Of a stretch of 64,000 nucleotides of DNA, positions 1 to 15,840 are shown one piece after another. The DNA lies in the NCBI RefSeq assembly GCF_009914755.1, contig NC_060933.1; one strand, 5' to 3'. The first letter of the stretch is position 1; the number at the start of each line of letters is the position of its first letter. The notes beneath the pieces were generated by a model, which ran no database searches, was not told the DNA's origin, and worked only from the letters and a program-made list of their open reading frames with translations. The position numbers were made by a program, and so were the translations under genes. Source of the DNA: the human T2T-CHM13v2.0 reference genome, Homo sapiens.

Positions 1-3000
1 AGCCTGCAAGAAATTAGGGATTATGTTAAGTGACCAATCCTAAGAATAATTGATATTCCCAAGGAAGAAGAGAAATCTAAAAGTTTGGAAAACATATTTG
101 AGGGAATAATCGAGGAAAGCTTCCCTGGCCTTGCTAGAGATCTAGACATCCAAATACACGAAGCTCAAAGAACACCTGGGAAATTCATTGCAAAACGATC
201 ATTGCCTAGGCACACAGTCATCAGGTTATCTAAAGTCAAGACAAAGGAAAGAATCTTAAGAGCTAGGAGGCAAAAAAAATCAGGTAACCTATAAAGGAAA
301 ACCCATCAGGTTAATAGCAGATTTCTCAGCAGAAACCCTATAAGCTAGATGGTATTGGGGTCCTATCTTTAGACTCCTTAAACAAAACAATTATCAGCCA
401 AGAATTTTGTATTCAGTGAAATTAAGCTTCAGAAATGAAGAAAAGATAGTCTTTTTCAGACAAACAAATGCTGAGAGAATTTACCACTACTAAGCCAGAA
501 CTACAAGAACTGCTAAAAGGAGCTCTAAGTCTTGAAACAAATCCTCAAAATACACCAAAATAGAATCTCCTTAAAGCATAAATATCACAGGACCTATAAA
601 ACAACAATACTATGAAAAAAAAAACCCCACAAGGTATTCAGGAAATAAATAGCACAGTGAATAGAATAGTAACTCACATCTCAATATTAACATTGAATGT
701 AAATAGCCTAAATGCTCCACTTAAAAGTTACAGAATGGCAGAATGGATAAGAATTCACCAACCAAGTATCTGCTGTTTTCAAGAGACTCACCTGACACAG
801 AAGGATTCACATAAACTTAAGGTAAAGGGGTGGAAAAAGATATTCCATGCAAATGGACACCAAAAGTGAGCTGGAGTAGCTATTCTTATATCAGACAAAA
901 CAAACTTTAAAGCAACAGCAGTTTAAAAAAAGACAAAGAGGGACATTATATAATGATAAAAGGACTGGTCCAACAGGAAAATACCGCAATCCTAAATATA
1001 TATGCACCTAACACTGGAGCTCCCAAATTTACAAAACAATTACTACTAGGCTTAAGAAATGAGATAGACAGCAACACAATAATAGTGGGGACTTCAATAC
1101 TCCACTGACAGTACTAGACAAGTCATCACGACAGAAAGTCAACAAGGAAATAATGGACTTAAAGTATATCCTGGAACAAATGGACTTAAGAGATATTTAC
1201 AGAACATTCTACCCAACAACTGCAGAATATGCATTCTATTCATTGGCACATGGAATATTCTCCAAAATTTTAGACCATATGATAGACCACAAAACAAGTC
1301 TCGGTAAGTTTAAGAAAATTGAAAGTATAGCAAGTACTGTGTCAGACCACAGTGGAATAGAATTGGAAATCAACTCCAAAAGGAACCCTCAAAACCATGC
1401 AAATACATGGAAATTAAATAACCTGCTCCTCCTGAATGATCATTGGGTCAACAATGAAATTTAGATAGAAATTAAAAAATTATTTGAACTGAATGATAAT
1501 AGTGACACAACCTATTAAAACCTCTGGGATACAGCAGAGGTGGTGCTAAGAGGAAAGTTCATAGCATTAAATGCCTACATCAAAAAGTCTGAAAGAGCAC
1601 AAACAGACAATCTAAGGTCAACACCTCAAGGAGCTAGAGAAACAAGAACAAACCAAATCAAACCCAGCAGAAGAAAAGAAATAACCAAGATCACAGCAGA
1701 ACTAAATGGAATTGAAACCAAAGAAAAACACAAAAGATAAGTAAAACAAAAAGCTGGCTCTTTGAAAAGATAAATAAAATTGATATACCATTATCAAGAT
1801 TAACCAAGAAAAGAAGAGAGAAGATCCAAGTAAGTTGAATTAGAAACAAAACGGGAGATACTACAACCAATACCACAGAAATACAAAAGACCAAGGCTAC
1901 TATGAACTCCTTTATGCACATAAACTAGAAAACCTAGAGGAGATGGATAAATTCCTGGAAATATACAACCCTCCTAGATTAAACCAGGAAGAAATAGAAA
2001 CTCTGAACAGACCAATAACAAGCAGCGAGATTAAAATGGAAATTAAAAAGTTACCAACAAAAAAAAGTCCAGGACCAGATGGATTCACAGCTGAATTGTA
2101 TCAGACATTCAAAGAAGAATTGGTACCAATCATACTGACACTATTCCATAAGACAGAGAAAGAAGGAATCCTCCCTAAATCATCCTATGAAGCCAGTATC
2201 ACCCTAATACCAAAACCAGGAAAGGACATAACACACACAAAAAAGAAACTACAGACCAATATCCCTGATGAACATAGATGCAAAAATCCTCAACAAAATA
2301 CTAGCTAACCAAATCCAACAGTATATCAAAAAAGTATCCACCATGATCAAGTGGATTTCATACCAGAGATGTAGGGATGGTTTAACATCCACAAGTCAAT
2401 AAATCTGATACAACACATAAACAAAATTAAAAACAAAAATCACATGAGCATCTCAACAGACACAGAAAAAAGCATTTTAAAAATCCAGCATCCCTTTATG
2501 ATTAAAACTCTCAGCAAAATAGGCATAGAAAGGACACACCTTAAGGTAATAAAAGCCATCTATAACAAACCCACAGCCAACATTATACTGAATGGGGAAA
2601 AGTTGAAAGCATTCCCCCTGAGAAGTGGAACATGACAAGGATGCCGACTTTCACCACTTCTATTCAACATAGTACTGGAAGTCCTAGCCACAGCAATCAG
2701 ACAACAGAAATAAATAAAGGGCATCCAAATAGGTAAAGAGGAGTCAAACTGTCATTGTTTGCTGATGACATGATCGTATACCTAGAAAATCATAAAGACT
2801 CATCAAAAAGCTCCTAGAACTGGCAGAAGAACTAAGCAAAGTTTCAGGATACAAAATTACTGTACACAAATCAGTAGCCCTGCTTACACCAACAACAACC
2901 AAGCTGAGAATCAAATCAAGAACTCAACTTCTTTTACGACAGCAGCAAATAAATAAATAAATAAATAAATAAATAAAATACTTAGGAATATAATTAACCA

Positions 3001-4720
3001 AGGAAGTGAAAGACCTCTACAAGGAAAACTACAAAACACTGTTGAGAGAAATAATAGATGACACAAATAAATGGAAACACATCCCATGCTCATGGATGTG
3101 TAGACTCAATATTGTAAAAATGACCATACTGCCAAAAGCAATCTACAAATTCAATGCTTTTCCCATCAAAATACCACCATCATTCTTCACAGAACTAGAA
3201 AAAACAATCCTAAAATTCATGTGGAACCAGAAAAGCGCCTGCATAGCCAAAGCAAAGACTAAGAAAAAAGAGCAAATCTGGAGACATCACATTACCTGAT
3301 ATCAAACTATACTATAAGGACACTGTTGCCCAAACAGTATGGTACTGGTATAAAAACAGGCATATAGACCAATGGAACAGAATGAATAACCCAGAAATAA
3401 AGCCAAATACTTACAGTCAACTGGTCTTCAAAAAAGCAAACAAAAACATAAAGTGGGGAAAGGATACCCTATTCAACAAATGGTGCTGGGACAATTGGCC
3501 AATCACATGTAGAGGAATTAAACTGGATCCTCATCTCTCACCTTATACAAAAGCCAACTCAAGATGGATTGAAGACTTAAATCTAAGGCCTGAAACCATA
3601 AAAATTCTAAGAGATAAGATTGAAAAAGCCCTTCTAGACATTGGCTTAGGCAAAGACTTCATGACCAAGAACCCAAAAGTAAATGCAACTAAAGCAAAGA
3701 TAAATAGATAGGACTTAATTAAACTAAAAAGTTTCTGCACAGCAAAAGAAATAACCACCAGAGTAAACAACCCACAGAGTGGGAGAAAATCTTTGCAATC
3801 TATACATCTGACAAAGAACTAATATCCAGAATCTACAAGGAACTCAAACAAATCAGCAAGAAAAAACAATCTCATCAAAAAGTGGGCTAAGGACATGAAT
3901 AGACAATTCTCAAAAGAACATATACGAATGGCCACCAAACATATGAAAAAATGCTCAATATCACTAATGATCAGGGAAACACAAATCAAATCCACAATGC
4001 GATATCTTTACTCCTGCAAGAATGGCCATAATAAAAAAATTGAAAAATAATAGATGTTGGCATGGATGTGGTGAAAAGGGAACCACTTTTACACAGCTGA
4101 TGGGAAGGTAAACTAATTCAACCACTGTGGTAAACACTGTGAAGATTCCTTAAAGAACTAAAAGTAGATCTACCATTTGATCCAGCAATCCCACTACCGG
4201 GTATCTACTCAGAGGAAAAGAAGTCATTTTACAAAAAAGATACTTGCATACTCATGTTTATAGCGGCACAATTCGCAATTGCAAAAATATAGAACCAGCC
4301 CAAATGCCCATCAGTCAACGAGTAGATGAAGAAAATGTGGTGTATATATACACCAGGGAAGACTACTGAGCCATAAAAAGGAACGAAATATTGGCATTTG
4401 CAGCAACCTGAATGGAATTGGAGACCATTATTTTAAGTGAAGTAACTCAGGAATGGAAAACCGAACATCGTATGTTCTTACTCACAATTGGGAGCTAAGC
4501 TATGAGGATGCAAAGGCATAAGAATGATGCAGTGGACTTCAGGGACTTGGGGGAAAGGATAGGAGGGGGTGAGGGATAAAATACTACACATTGGGTACAG
4601 TGTACACTGCTTGGGTGATGGGTGCACCAAAATCTCAGAAATCTCCACTTAGTAACTTATTCATGTAACCAAACACCACCTGTTCCCCAAAAACCTATTG
4701 AAATAATAATTAAAAAAAGA
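1..4720 (+). mobile_element. Decayed LINE-1 (L1PB-like): 3' half of ORF1, disrupted ORF2, 3' UTR; continues left of the window
   Basis: ORF fragments match L1 ORF1 (DIQIHEAQRTP), endonuclease (ISILTLNVN, CCFQETHL) and RT regions ([20 protein letters not shown]) with many stops and frameshifts; 3' end aaacaccacctgttccccaaaaacctattgaaat plus A-tail. Confidence 0.95.
2947..2976 (+). repeat. (AAAT)n microsatellite inside L1 ORF2
   Basis: About 7 direct AAAT units. Confidence 0.9.
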
Positions 4721-7173
4721 ATGCCCATGCACAGAATGCACAATGACCAGTTGGAATATATTTGAAGAAATATATTTCAAGAAATAAAAGAGGCTATGAA
4801 ACATACACTTACGGAAAAAGAGACTTTCAAATGACCAGGTGGACTTAAAATGGAAGAGAAGAGAGTGAGTCAGCAAAGCAGACAGTGCATCACTGTGGGA
4901 CCTAAAATGCCCAGTGAAGAAAGAGGGACTTTGTATATGAACATGATGGAACCACCGAAATCTCCAAACAGTGAGCCTGACATATGCTAAGTGGGGTTTA
5001 ACCAGGACTAATCTGGTAGGCATGTGCAGAAGGGACAAAAAGGGTGAGGGTAGCGTAAAGATCAACCACAAATCCCATCGTAGGAGTACCAGTGTGTTTC
5101 CCTAGAAGTGATGAGAGTGGAAAGAGTGTATGGAGGTGGAGAAGGCATCACAATGGAGAAATCAACAGTATTTGGTGCCCGGATGGCAAGGGAGTGGGGG
5201 AGGATTCTGCTCTAAGCCTTAGAGTCACTAATACCTTGTATTCCCTTCTAGAACGTTCCCAAACCCAAATCCCTGGGTTCATCCTCAGCTTCCACTCAGC
5301 CACTGTGACCTGGGGAGACCTTGGGAACCATGACCTTTCAAGAAGCACCAGAACGCAGTCAGCCTCCTATTAACAAAAAAAATATGGACTCCACCCAGCC
5401 CTTCTGAGACTGGAGTCGTACTAATGGTGCATTAAATATTACGAAGCCTTTTCACACACCCTGCCTCAATGGATCCTTGAAGTAGGTGGTTGAGCCCTTC
5501 GTCCTTACTTGTTTTCTGAGTGGTAAACCTGAGGCTCATCAGCATGAAGGGACATCCCCAAAGTCAAACAGGTTGGGGAGTCGGGGAGCCTGGACTAGGC
5601 TACTCCAGGTTAGACCTGTCCTCCTCCTTCCACATCTTGAAAGGGGAGACCTCAGGATGGAACCTGTTGGTTTTCATTATGTTCCATTGTCTTTGGGTTC
5701 TTGCATGGATACAAGGCATAAAAAGAAATGAAGTTGCTGGAAACTTTTAGTTCTAGTGGGTTCACAGCTATAAAGAAGGAATTGTGTAATGCAATGCATT
5801 TTGCAATTTCTCTGATGCTTTTAATCATAAGCAAGTAGGATATGGGGGAGGGGCAATGGCGTGGGGAAAGGGTGGAAAGAGGACTGGAGTTGCTCAGAGA
5901 GATACAGTTGTAAAAAGGGATAGCAGCTGAGTTTCTGACGCTAAATTTTTGGTGCCCTATGGTGTTAATTAGACATTTCTTTTCAATCTGATTGACAGTG
6001 CATTTTAATGAAGAAATAACAGAGCCCAGCAGAGCCTGGCAGTATACTCTTTTCTTACAATTTACAAGCTGAACTTCCCTTGGCAACCTACATCTGGTTT
6101 GCTCTGCTGGTAAGTCTGTCAGTAGAACAATGTATAGGGTCTTTCGTTTCAATAGGTTTGCTGTTGTTAAAGCCTTCTGCATTTTCTTCCGCTTAGTTCA
6201 TTAGGGCTGTTAAATTTCATCAAATTACTTTCCTTAAGTTAAAAAATAGCACAGTTTTGACCAGTGTGAATAAAAATGGGATAGTATGAAAATGTGCAAG
6301 CTTTTAAAGGAAGAGCCTCTCTGTTAAGTGTTGTATAGTGGAGGCTTCATGGGAAATTTTGTAAGTGTTTTTTTTCTCCCTTTAAATGGGATGTTTCCTG
6401 GAAAATTAGAATGAACCCTAAAGGATCCCCTAAGCCTCCTGTGACCACTTGGAAGCAGAAGGTCCCCACGCATTAAACGGCTTGACCACCTAGGAGTGCT
6501 GATACCTGGGCAAGTGTTTTTGGAACACTTTATTTTATAAGATTTCACCTTTGTTTATATTTCCAAGCAGATTTAAAAAAAGCAAATACATCTTTTGTTT
6601 TTTTAACTTCTACCCAGGAGTAAATGTGCATCTCTGCCAGACACTAAGGGGGAATCTTCGCTTTTTGTAGATGAGCCAGGTGACCAGGGAGGACAGAGGC
6701 AGGGTAGGCTGGGTTGAACTTATCTTCCCTCACCTAGGGACAGGGGTGGCCTTAGGCCTGGGGGTACAGCTGAACCTACAAATTGCGGGTTAAGTGGCTC
6801 CAGTAGAGGCTATAAAGGCAGAGAGCCAAGCAGACCATTACGAGCTTCTCCTCCAGGAAAATGGAAGCCATTTAAGAAATTCCAGGAATTGCTTGGAACA
6901 TGCAGGATTCTTAAACAAAGGACCTTTGTGACATTCAGAATTACCAAACTTAGGAGAGGAAAAAACTCACACCTTGCTTGCCTCCCTTTCCTTGGTCTAC
7001 TTCTATTGCTTGGTCTAGATCAATTGAAAAGACCTCCAGATTTGGAATCTAACCACAACCCCACATTTTTGTGAGGAGTGCAAAGGGGAGTTGCACCTTC
7101 TTGAGGATCCTGCCCATATGCTGTCCCAGGTGTTTCCCACCTGGTTTGCACAATCTTCAGTTCTGCAGTAATC

Positions 7174-7631
<458 letters not shown>

Positions 7632-7699
7632 TGTAATGTTTTCTTAGGTAGAAAAAAAATGCTGCAATTCATGCTTCATACAAAGTCTTCCTATTGCTG

Positions 7700-8078
<379 letters not shown>

Positions 8079-8949
8079 TTAAATTCTCACTCAGAGACTT
8101 CTGCTCTCATCTTATCCATTAGAACTGGGCTGTGTGACCACCCCTGGCTGCAAATGAAGGTGTGTAATTTTTCGGCCCAGTGCTGCCCTGTCAAAATCAC
8201 CATGGTTAGGGAGAAGGACAGAACGGATATTGGATGGATGCTAGCAGGTTCTGCCCATTCATCATCTTTTATAAACTGTGGGCCTTTCTAATGTTAGTTA
8301 CAATGAACCGGTCACAACAGCCCCATGCTGTTGTGAAGCACTTCTTAGTTCTTTATTCCCAGGCAATACAAATCCACAGTGAAAAAAAAAATTTAAATTA
8401 GAAAATACACCTTAGAAAGAAAGATTTAAAAATACCTATAATCCATTACGCAGAGAGTACCAGTGTTAACCTTGCGGTGTATTTTCTTTCGAACATGGAT
8501 GTGTATGTGCATACACATACACATACACACAATTTTTTGTTTTGTTTTGCTTTTTTTTTTTGCATAGATGGACCAATGAGATTTGAATGGCGAGGCTGAC
8601 TGGAAACTTTGTAATCACAAAGATGGCCAAATCCATCGTCAGGGGTCCTCCCTCCAGGGCTGGTTCCTCCTCAGGAGGAGGGTCAGCTGCTGGGGGCCAG
8701 AGGCGCCCCAGGCTGTGAGGACTGCCTGGAGGTGGCATAGGAGGCTGGTGCCCAGCCAAGCTGAGCAGGAAGGAAAGGCCCTCTCAGGGCAGATGACCCC
8801 AAAGTTCTCTTCCTCCAAAAATGAGGATAGTAATGACCAAATCGTATTAAACATGAACATTAGAAAACATAATGATATAAAGTCACTTTATAAACTGAAA
8901 ACGCTATACCACCATAAGGTGGTATCATAATCACTGTTTTTGTTGTCAA

Positions 8950-9180
8950 CATTAATAACAATATCTAATATTTATTGAGCACATGCTATGTGCCAGGCAC
9001 TCTGCCACTAACTATGTATGAATTATTTAACCCTCAGAATAACCCCATGGTATGGGTTTTTAAAAATTATCATCTTTTTTGTAGATGAGGATATTGAGGC
9101 AAGATTAGGTAACTTGCCTAAGCTCACAGCTGGTAAGGGACTGCTAGGACTGCAACCCAATTCTAATGCAGAATCCTGTT
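8950..9180. mobile_element. MIR
   Basis: tttattgagcacatgctatgtgccaggcactctg ... gatgaggatattgaggc ... aacttgcctaagctcacagc core. Confidence 0.75.
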
Positions 9181-11217
9181 CTTCTAGAGAATCTAGTTTT
9201 CAGTCTTCATTATTTAGATTGTCTACCTTGGATGCTTTCTGGTTATTTTAAAATTCATTGCCTGTAACTTAAAAAATACTCCAAATATAGCCTGACCATC
9301 AAAGAATATAATGTGATTGATTATCACCTCCTTCATTTGAAATATTATGCCTTCATTAATGCATCCAGACATTTTATTGGTTTTTTGAAAAACTAGGTCC
9401 CACTGATGGCTTATCTGAATTTGAAGTCTGCATTTCCTAAGTCCTTCTCTTTTGCACTGTTAAACTTTATCTCCCTTACTGCGAACTCATACAAATGAAA
9501 TTGGACATCAGTCTTTAATAGGTTGTCTTGATTGAAGCCCCAGCCAGCGTGTGGAAACTCTTAAGAAATCAATAAAATATTCTTCTGCTGGGTGTTCTAT
9601 GCAAGATTCTCAAATGCTAATTGTTATTGTGAAATGGTGAGTCATCTGAAAGAGTTTCCTTGTCAAGCTGCATTGCATCATATGGGAACTGTTTTAAATA
9701 GACCACCCTGTACACAAACATTTTCATCTTGGTGCATTCAGGCACCACTTCTGTGTAGTGGGAGATTAATTGTCCTCTCCACTGAACAGGGGGAGCGGCT
9801 GCACAGGGAGCACCACGCGGGGCTGCAGGGAGGGCCAGAGCTCCTGGGTCTCCTCCCGCTCCATTTCCAGAGGGTGACATCTGATCTCTTCATAAAAGTG
9901 AAAATTTAACAGGAGAGAGAAAGGGTTGAGCAGCCCAAGTTTTCCACTGAATCAAAAACAGACCATTCATAAGAAAAGAAGATTCTTTAAAATGGAACTT
10001 AAACAGGATGGATGAGATAAGAATTTGAATTAAAATATTTTAAATGTTACTTTGAACAAGTCAGGACGAAAATGGAATGAAATTTCAAGCAGCATTGGAG
10101 GGGGACAGGGGGTGATCCTGGACTATGTATGAATACAGGGTGGAGAGAAAGAGGGGCCTTGGCTTGCAGAAAGTGAAAGAGACATACAGGAATTCTACTT
10201 AACTGGTTAATTTGCAGACAAAGAACAATATAAATTTCACTGTTTGAAGGAGGGGGAAATCTCCTCTCAGAAAAACAAAAAACAAAGCAGATTTTCACAG
10301 CTCCGCGCATATTTCCCTTCTCCGCAGTGATGAAAGTGTTTGCACTAATTTTCCAGGGAGACCAGAAAATATGTATAGTGTGTTTTGTCTCCAGTGGCAT
10401 CCTGGGTCACTGAGCACCGTCATTCAATGTGATTTGTTGATGGATAGATGGAAGAATCGAACCTTTCAGCATCAGGGGAAAAAAGTAGCCAGAACTCAGC
10501 ATCGATGGGAGCCCCAGTGGAAAATAATCTGAAATGTTAAATCTTAAAGTTACAGAAGACGCTGTGCCATGGAATGAAGTGCAAACACTGTCACTGGGAG
10601 AGGTCGGGCCCAATCGCTTTTGCCTCTTTCTGTTGGATAAGGTTATGCTTCTAGAAGATGAGAGGGCAGTGACAAAAACAGAGTGTTCCATGTGGCCTCT
10701 GAATGGACCAGACTCAGGCCCTCCAGGTCAATTGTGTGCAGAAAGAAAGGCCCAAACTGCTAACTAGGGTTGCCCAGAGAACTGGTGGCTGTGGGAGTGG
10801 GCGGGGGCGGGGCGGGGGAGGTGAAGAGAATTCTCTCTCTGCTCAGAAGGGAAAATTCTCCACCAGCTCTTTCCCAGCTGAGTGCAGAAAGGGAACACAT
10901 CCCGACACCCCCTCAAGTTCCCAAGGGAACAGGAGGCCGCTTGAGCTCTCCCCTTCATCACCTCTTGGTTCACTGAATGAAACAGCCTCTTCCCTGGGGC
11001 TGGGGTGAGACCCCGGGCGCACCCGCATGGCCTGCTACTCAGCATCCTGCCCCTCTGCAGGCTCACGGGGAGTCCACTCCAAGCCTGGGTGGAGTGGAAC
11101 AGCGGCTGAGCCCATTTGCCTTGACTCGCGGTAGGATGTTCAGACAGGAGCAGGTCAGGCGGATGACTGGGAGACTGGACGACCTGGAATGGGATACAGG
11201 AAAAAGGAATGAGCCCC

Positions 11218-11350
11218 TGCCATGTGCCAGGCCTGTGCTTAATGCTTCACCGCAGTCCTCCTGCTGAATCCTCCCGTTTGACAGATGAGGACCTGGAGGC
11301 GGAGGGACCGTGAGCAATCTGCCGAAGCCACATGTCACGTCAGTAGCAGA
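11218..11350. mobile_element. MIR fragment
   Basis: catgtgccaggcctgtgct ... acagatgagga core. Confidence 0.55.
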
Positions 11351-11549
11351 GCAGGATGGTCACCTCATCTGTCAGAAGCCTCATGATGGGCTTGGCCCAG
11401 AAAAGCACCAGCTCAGGGCCTTAGGAAGTCAGGGAGGGCTCCAGGTGTAATGGGTTCATGTCTGCACAGAGACTGGACGGGGTGGTCAGTCATGAACCCC
11501 TGAAATGCCTACGGCATGAAGGGAACGACAATAGGCTGAAATGAGACTT

Positions 11550-11950
11550 TGTCCCATTTGGGACCTCAGGAAGCTGACTCTGAGATTTGCCTCCTGAAGT
11601 TTATTGAGGTACTCCCAGGATCAACATCTGTGAAGGAAGAGAAAGAGGCAGGATGAGGCAGAGAGATGCTGAGCTGCAAGGCAGTCTCCACGAGGCCTCC
11701 GACAACCCCAGGGCAAGTCTGAAGTGGAAAGAGCCCTCAGAGGGCGGGGCTTTTGTACCCCTGCCCCATTGCCCACTGGACACAGCTGTCCTGGGGAAGG
11801 GGCATGAACTCGGGAAAGTGGCTGTTTTGAGCTGAAGGCAAATCACAGAGAGGAATTCAGTTGAGAGCTGTGGGCAGCCAACACTCGGTATAGCCAAGAG
11901 CATGAAGGCCTGAGCTGTCGGGGGACTCTGGGACACTGTTCAGCTGTACA
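11550..11950. mobile_element. Old ERVL/MaLR-type LTR fragment
   Basis: ggaagctgactctgagat ... agctgaaggcaaat ... cagccaacactc motifs; subfamily uncertain. Confidence 0.45.
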
Positions 11951-12389
11951 AAAATACCTCCACCAATAGGCCAAGATGGGAGGTGTGGAACAAGACCCAA
12001 ACCAGGGTCCTTTAACGGAATCTTTGGTGGAGAGATACATGGTTTTCCACATATTAATATTTCTGAAATTGAGATGCATTTTGCAATTCAGGTCAAAGTA
12101 GGCTTGTCAGCTGCAAAGCTGTTATTAAATTGTTGGTGGGTTTTGGAACAGAAGATCTGAGAGTTGAGGAAACATCATATTGAACTGACTGGCTGATAAT
12201 GAGGCTGCGGTGGGGGATGTATGAGAGAGGTCTAGTCTTGCCAACGGCTTCAGGAGAGGGACTCCTGCCACACCACAGCAGGGAGGTAAGGGCTCCTCCC
12301 TCTTGCTTGCTTCAGAGCTACCGTCAATAATTTTTGCTTACCTGGTTTTAGTCTGAACTTCTGAAAACAAGTAAACAAATAAATGAGTA

Positions 12390-13128
<739 letters not shown>

Positions 13129-13924
13129 CATGACAAATTGTAGTACCTGTGGTGTGTGACTCCAGGGCCACTTTAATTAATAAACTACATTAGTAAACAG
13201 CTTTGGGTCTTTTTCAAACTGCCCTAGAAATCTCCTTAGAGGGTTCAACTTTGTTACTGGAAAAGACTAATGTGGCCTGGTAGATAGAATTTAAAGTCCA
13301 CATAATTTTTAAGCAATTTTTTTTCCTGGCATTCACATGTTCTTGATTCTAAGTAATGTGTGCACCCTGACCTCTTCTGATTCATCCGTTTTAACTACTA
13401 ACTTCACATGATGGTCAAGGAGCCATCCTTCAGCCCTCCCTCAGCAGTCCTTCAATATAATTATATTGCAAATTGTAGGATTAAATAACACATAGTGTTT
13501 ACATTATCCTATGTACATATTACTCCCAGCCGAGCACTGTAGGGTACTGTGACCATGCCCCTGTCCTTACTGCCCCCTGCCTCCTCATGTTAATGATTGC
13601 TTTTCTTTCTTTTTCCTTAGTTTTCTTTCTCACACCTTTTAATAACTTCCTGGTATAACTTCCCACAACTTCCTCCAGCTTCCTCATGAAGTCATCCATC
13701 TGGGCCACCATTTTCTTGTAGACGTCCCTGCTGGAACCCTCCACTCTCCTTCTCGGTCCTTCTAGGACTTCTTTTATGGCCCTCCTTGGGACTGCCTTCC
13801 TTTCTATGGGACTGCATTCTCTACTTCCTAGGTCTTCTATCTTCTCAGGGCAGGAATGGAAAGGGGGCAGGGCAAAGAACAGATACACACACACGCACAC
13901 ATGTATATACACACACATAGAGAC

Positions 13925-14280
13925 CACACTACTGAGGTATCATTTACATACAGTGAAATGCACAGGTCTTAATTGTAGAGTTCCATGGGGTTTGACAAAT
14001 TAATATCTTGAGGAAGATACGGAGCATTTCTATCCCCTAGAAAGTTTCCCTGTACCCCTTCTCAGTTAATCCCACCTCATACTCCCAAAGCAACCACTGA
14101 TCTGATCTCAATCACATACATTAGATTTGTCCTGCCAATGATAGAACTTCATATAAATGGAATTACGTAGAGGATATGTTGTGGGAGGGTCTGGCATTTT
14201 TCACTCAGCACAATATTTTTTAACACCCATCCTTACTGCTGCATATCATTTGTTCCTTTTAGTGCCAGAGCAACTGTATT
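13925..14280 (-). mobile_element. Old L1M 3' fragment
   Basis: tgaggtatcatttacatacagtgaaatgcacaggtctt ... caaccactgatctg ... tataaatggaatt. Confidence 0.65.
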
Positions 14281-14289
14281 TCATAAATG

Positions 14290-15840
14290 CCTGTCTTAGT
14301 CAGTGCAAGATGATACAAAAAGAATACCATAGACTGGGTGGCCTAAACAATGAACATTTATTTCCTCATCACATTAGGAACTAGGGTCATAACGTACGAA
14401 TTTTAGGGAGACACATAAGTTCAGTCCATAGCATTCTACCCCTGGCCCCCCAAAATTCATGTCCTTCTCATGTGCCAAATACACATTGTCCTCAACATAT
14501 GATGGTTCAACTTACAATTTTTAAATTTTGCGATGGGTCTATCAGGAAATAAATAACCCCATTGTAAGTTGAAAAGCATCTTCTGATTTTTTGACTTTAC
14601 CATGGGTTTATCAGGGTACTGAATGCATTTTTACTTATATATTTTTTTACTTACAATGGGTTTATTGGGACATAACCCCATTCTAAGTCAAGGAGCATCT
14701 GTACATTCATTCCATCCTCCAAAGTCTTAACTCATTCCAGCAACAACGCTAATGTCTAAAGTCCAAAGTCTTTTCTAAATATCTTCTAAATTAGGTACAG
14801 TGAGACTTGAGTTATGATTCATCCTGGGGCAAAATTCCTCTCCAGCTGCGAATCTGTGAAACCAAACAAGTTGTATACTTCCAAAATACATTGGTGGGAC
14901 AGGCATAGGATAGGCATTCCCATTCCAAAAGCAAGAAACACAGAAGGAAGGGGTGACCCAGTCCCAAGCAAGTCCAAACTACAAAGCAAACTCCATGAAA
15001 TCTTAAGGCTTGGGAGTAATCCTTGGTTTGATGCCCTGCCTTCTGGAGCCACTAGGGTAAAGGTCCCACCCCAGCAGCATTCCTGGCCAGATGTTGCACC
15101 CCTAGCTTCTCTACCAGGCAAAGATTGTGCCTCCACATCTTTGGTTGGAAGCTGTCTGGACTATTGAAACCAGGGCAATAGTCCTTCAAATTGGAGGCAG
15201 AGGACCTCCAAATTGCCTCGGGGCCCTTCATCCCTTTTACTAGATGATAGCACAAAGTCACGGCCTTCCTTCATTCCATTCCATGTTCTGTTTTTTTTAG
15301 TCCCAGCCAGCAGTGTCTCTGCAGGTGTAATCCCATCTGTATTCCCGGCCTCTGTTGAAATGGCTGATTAAGTTCATGGTACACAGCCACACTAATCTCT
15401 TTATGAAATGGTTGGTCCACCACACCCTTAGTGTTCTCTTCAGTACACACTTTCTCATTTTTCGTCATATGAACAGACAGAGAATTTTCCAAATCTTTAA
15501 ACTCTGGTTCATTTTTGCTCAACAATTCCTTTTTCAATTCATTTCTCTCTTCTTGCATTTTACTACAATCAACTGGGAGGAACCAAGTCACTTCTTCGAC
15601 ATTTTGCTTAGAAATCTCCTCAGTAAAATATCCAGTTTCATCCCTTGCAAGTACTACCTTCCACAAAACACTAGGACACAAACACAATTCAGCCAAGTTA
15701 TTTGCCACTGTATAATAAGGATGGCCTTTCCACCGTCATCCAATAACACTCTTCATTTACGTCTGAGACAACATCAGAAAGGCTTTTACCTCCATATTTC
15801 CATCAACATTCTGTTCATAATTACTTATGTATTCTTTAAG
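14290..15840 (-). mobile_element. MaLR (MLT1) LTR plus internal sequence, with a MER47/Tigger5-like insert at ~14485-14704
   Basis: tgtcttagtc...aataccatagactgggtggc LTR end; MaLR-internal-like ORF 15271-15708 (NLAELCLCPSVLWKVVLARDETGY); ttacaatgggttta...gtcaaggagcatctgta insert. Confidence 0.7.

Noticed and set aside
85-3711. L1 ORF1/ORF2 fragments as active genes
   Set aside because: Broken by many stops and frameshifts; old inactive element
5652-6182. 176 aa ORF; similarly the 188 aa ORF at 58517-59083
   Set aside because: No recognisable homology, codon pattern or splice context; consistent with chance ORFs
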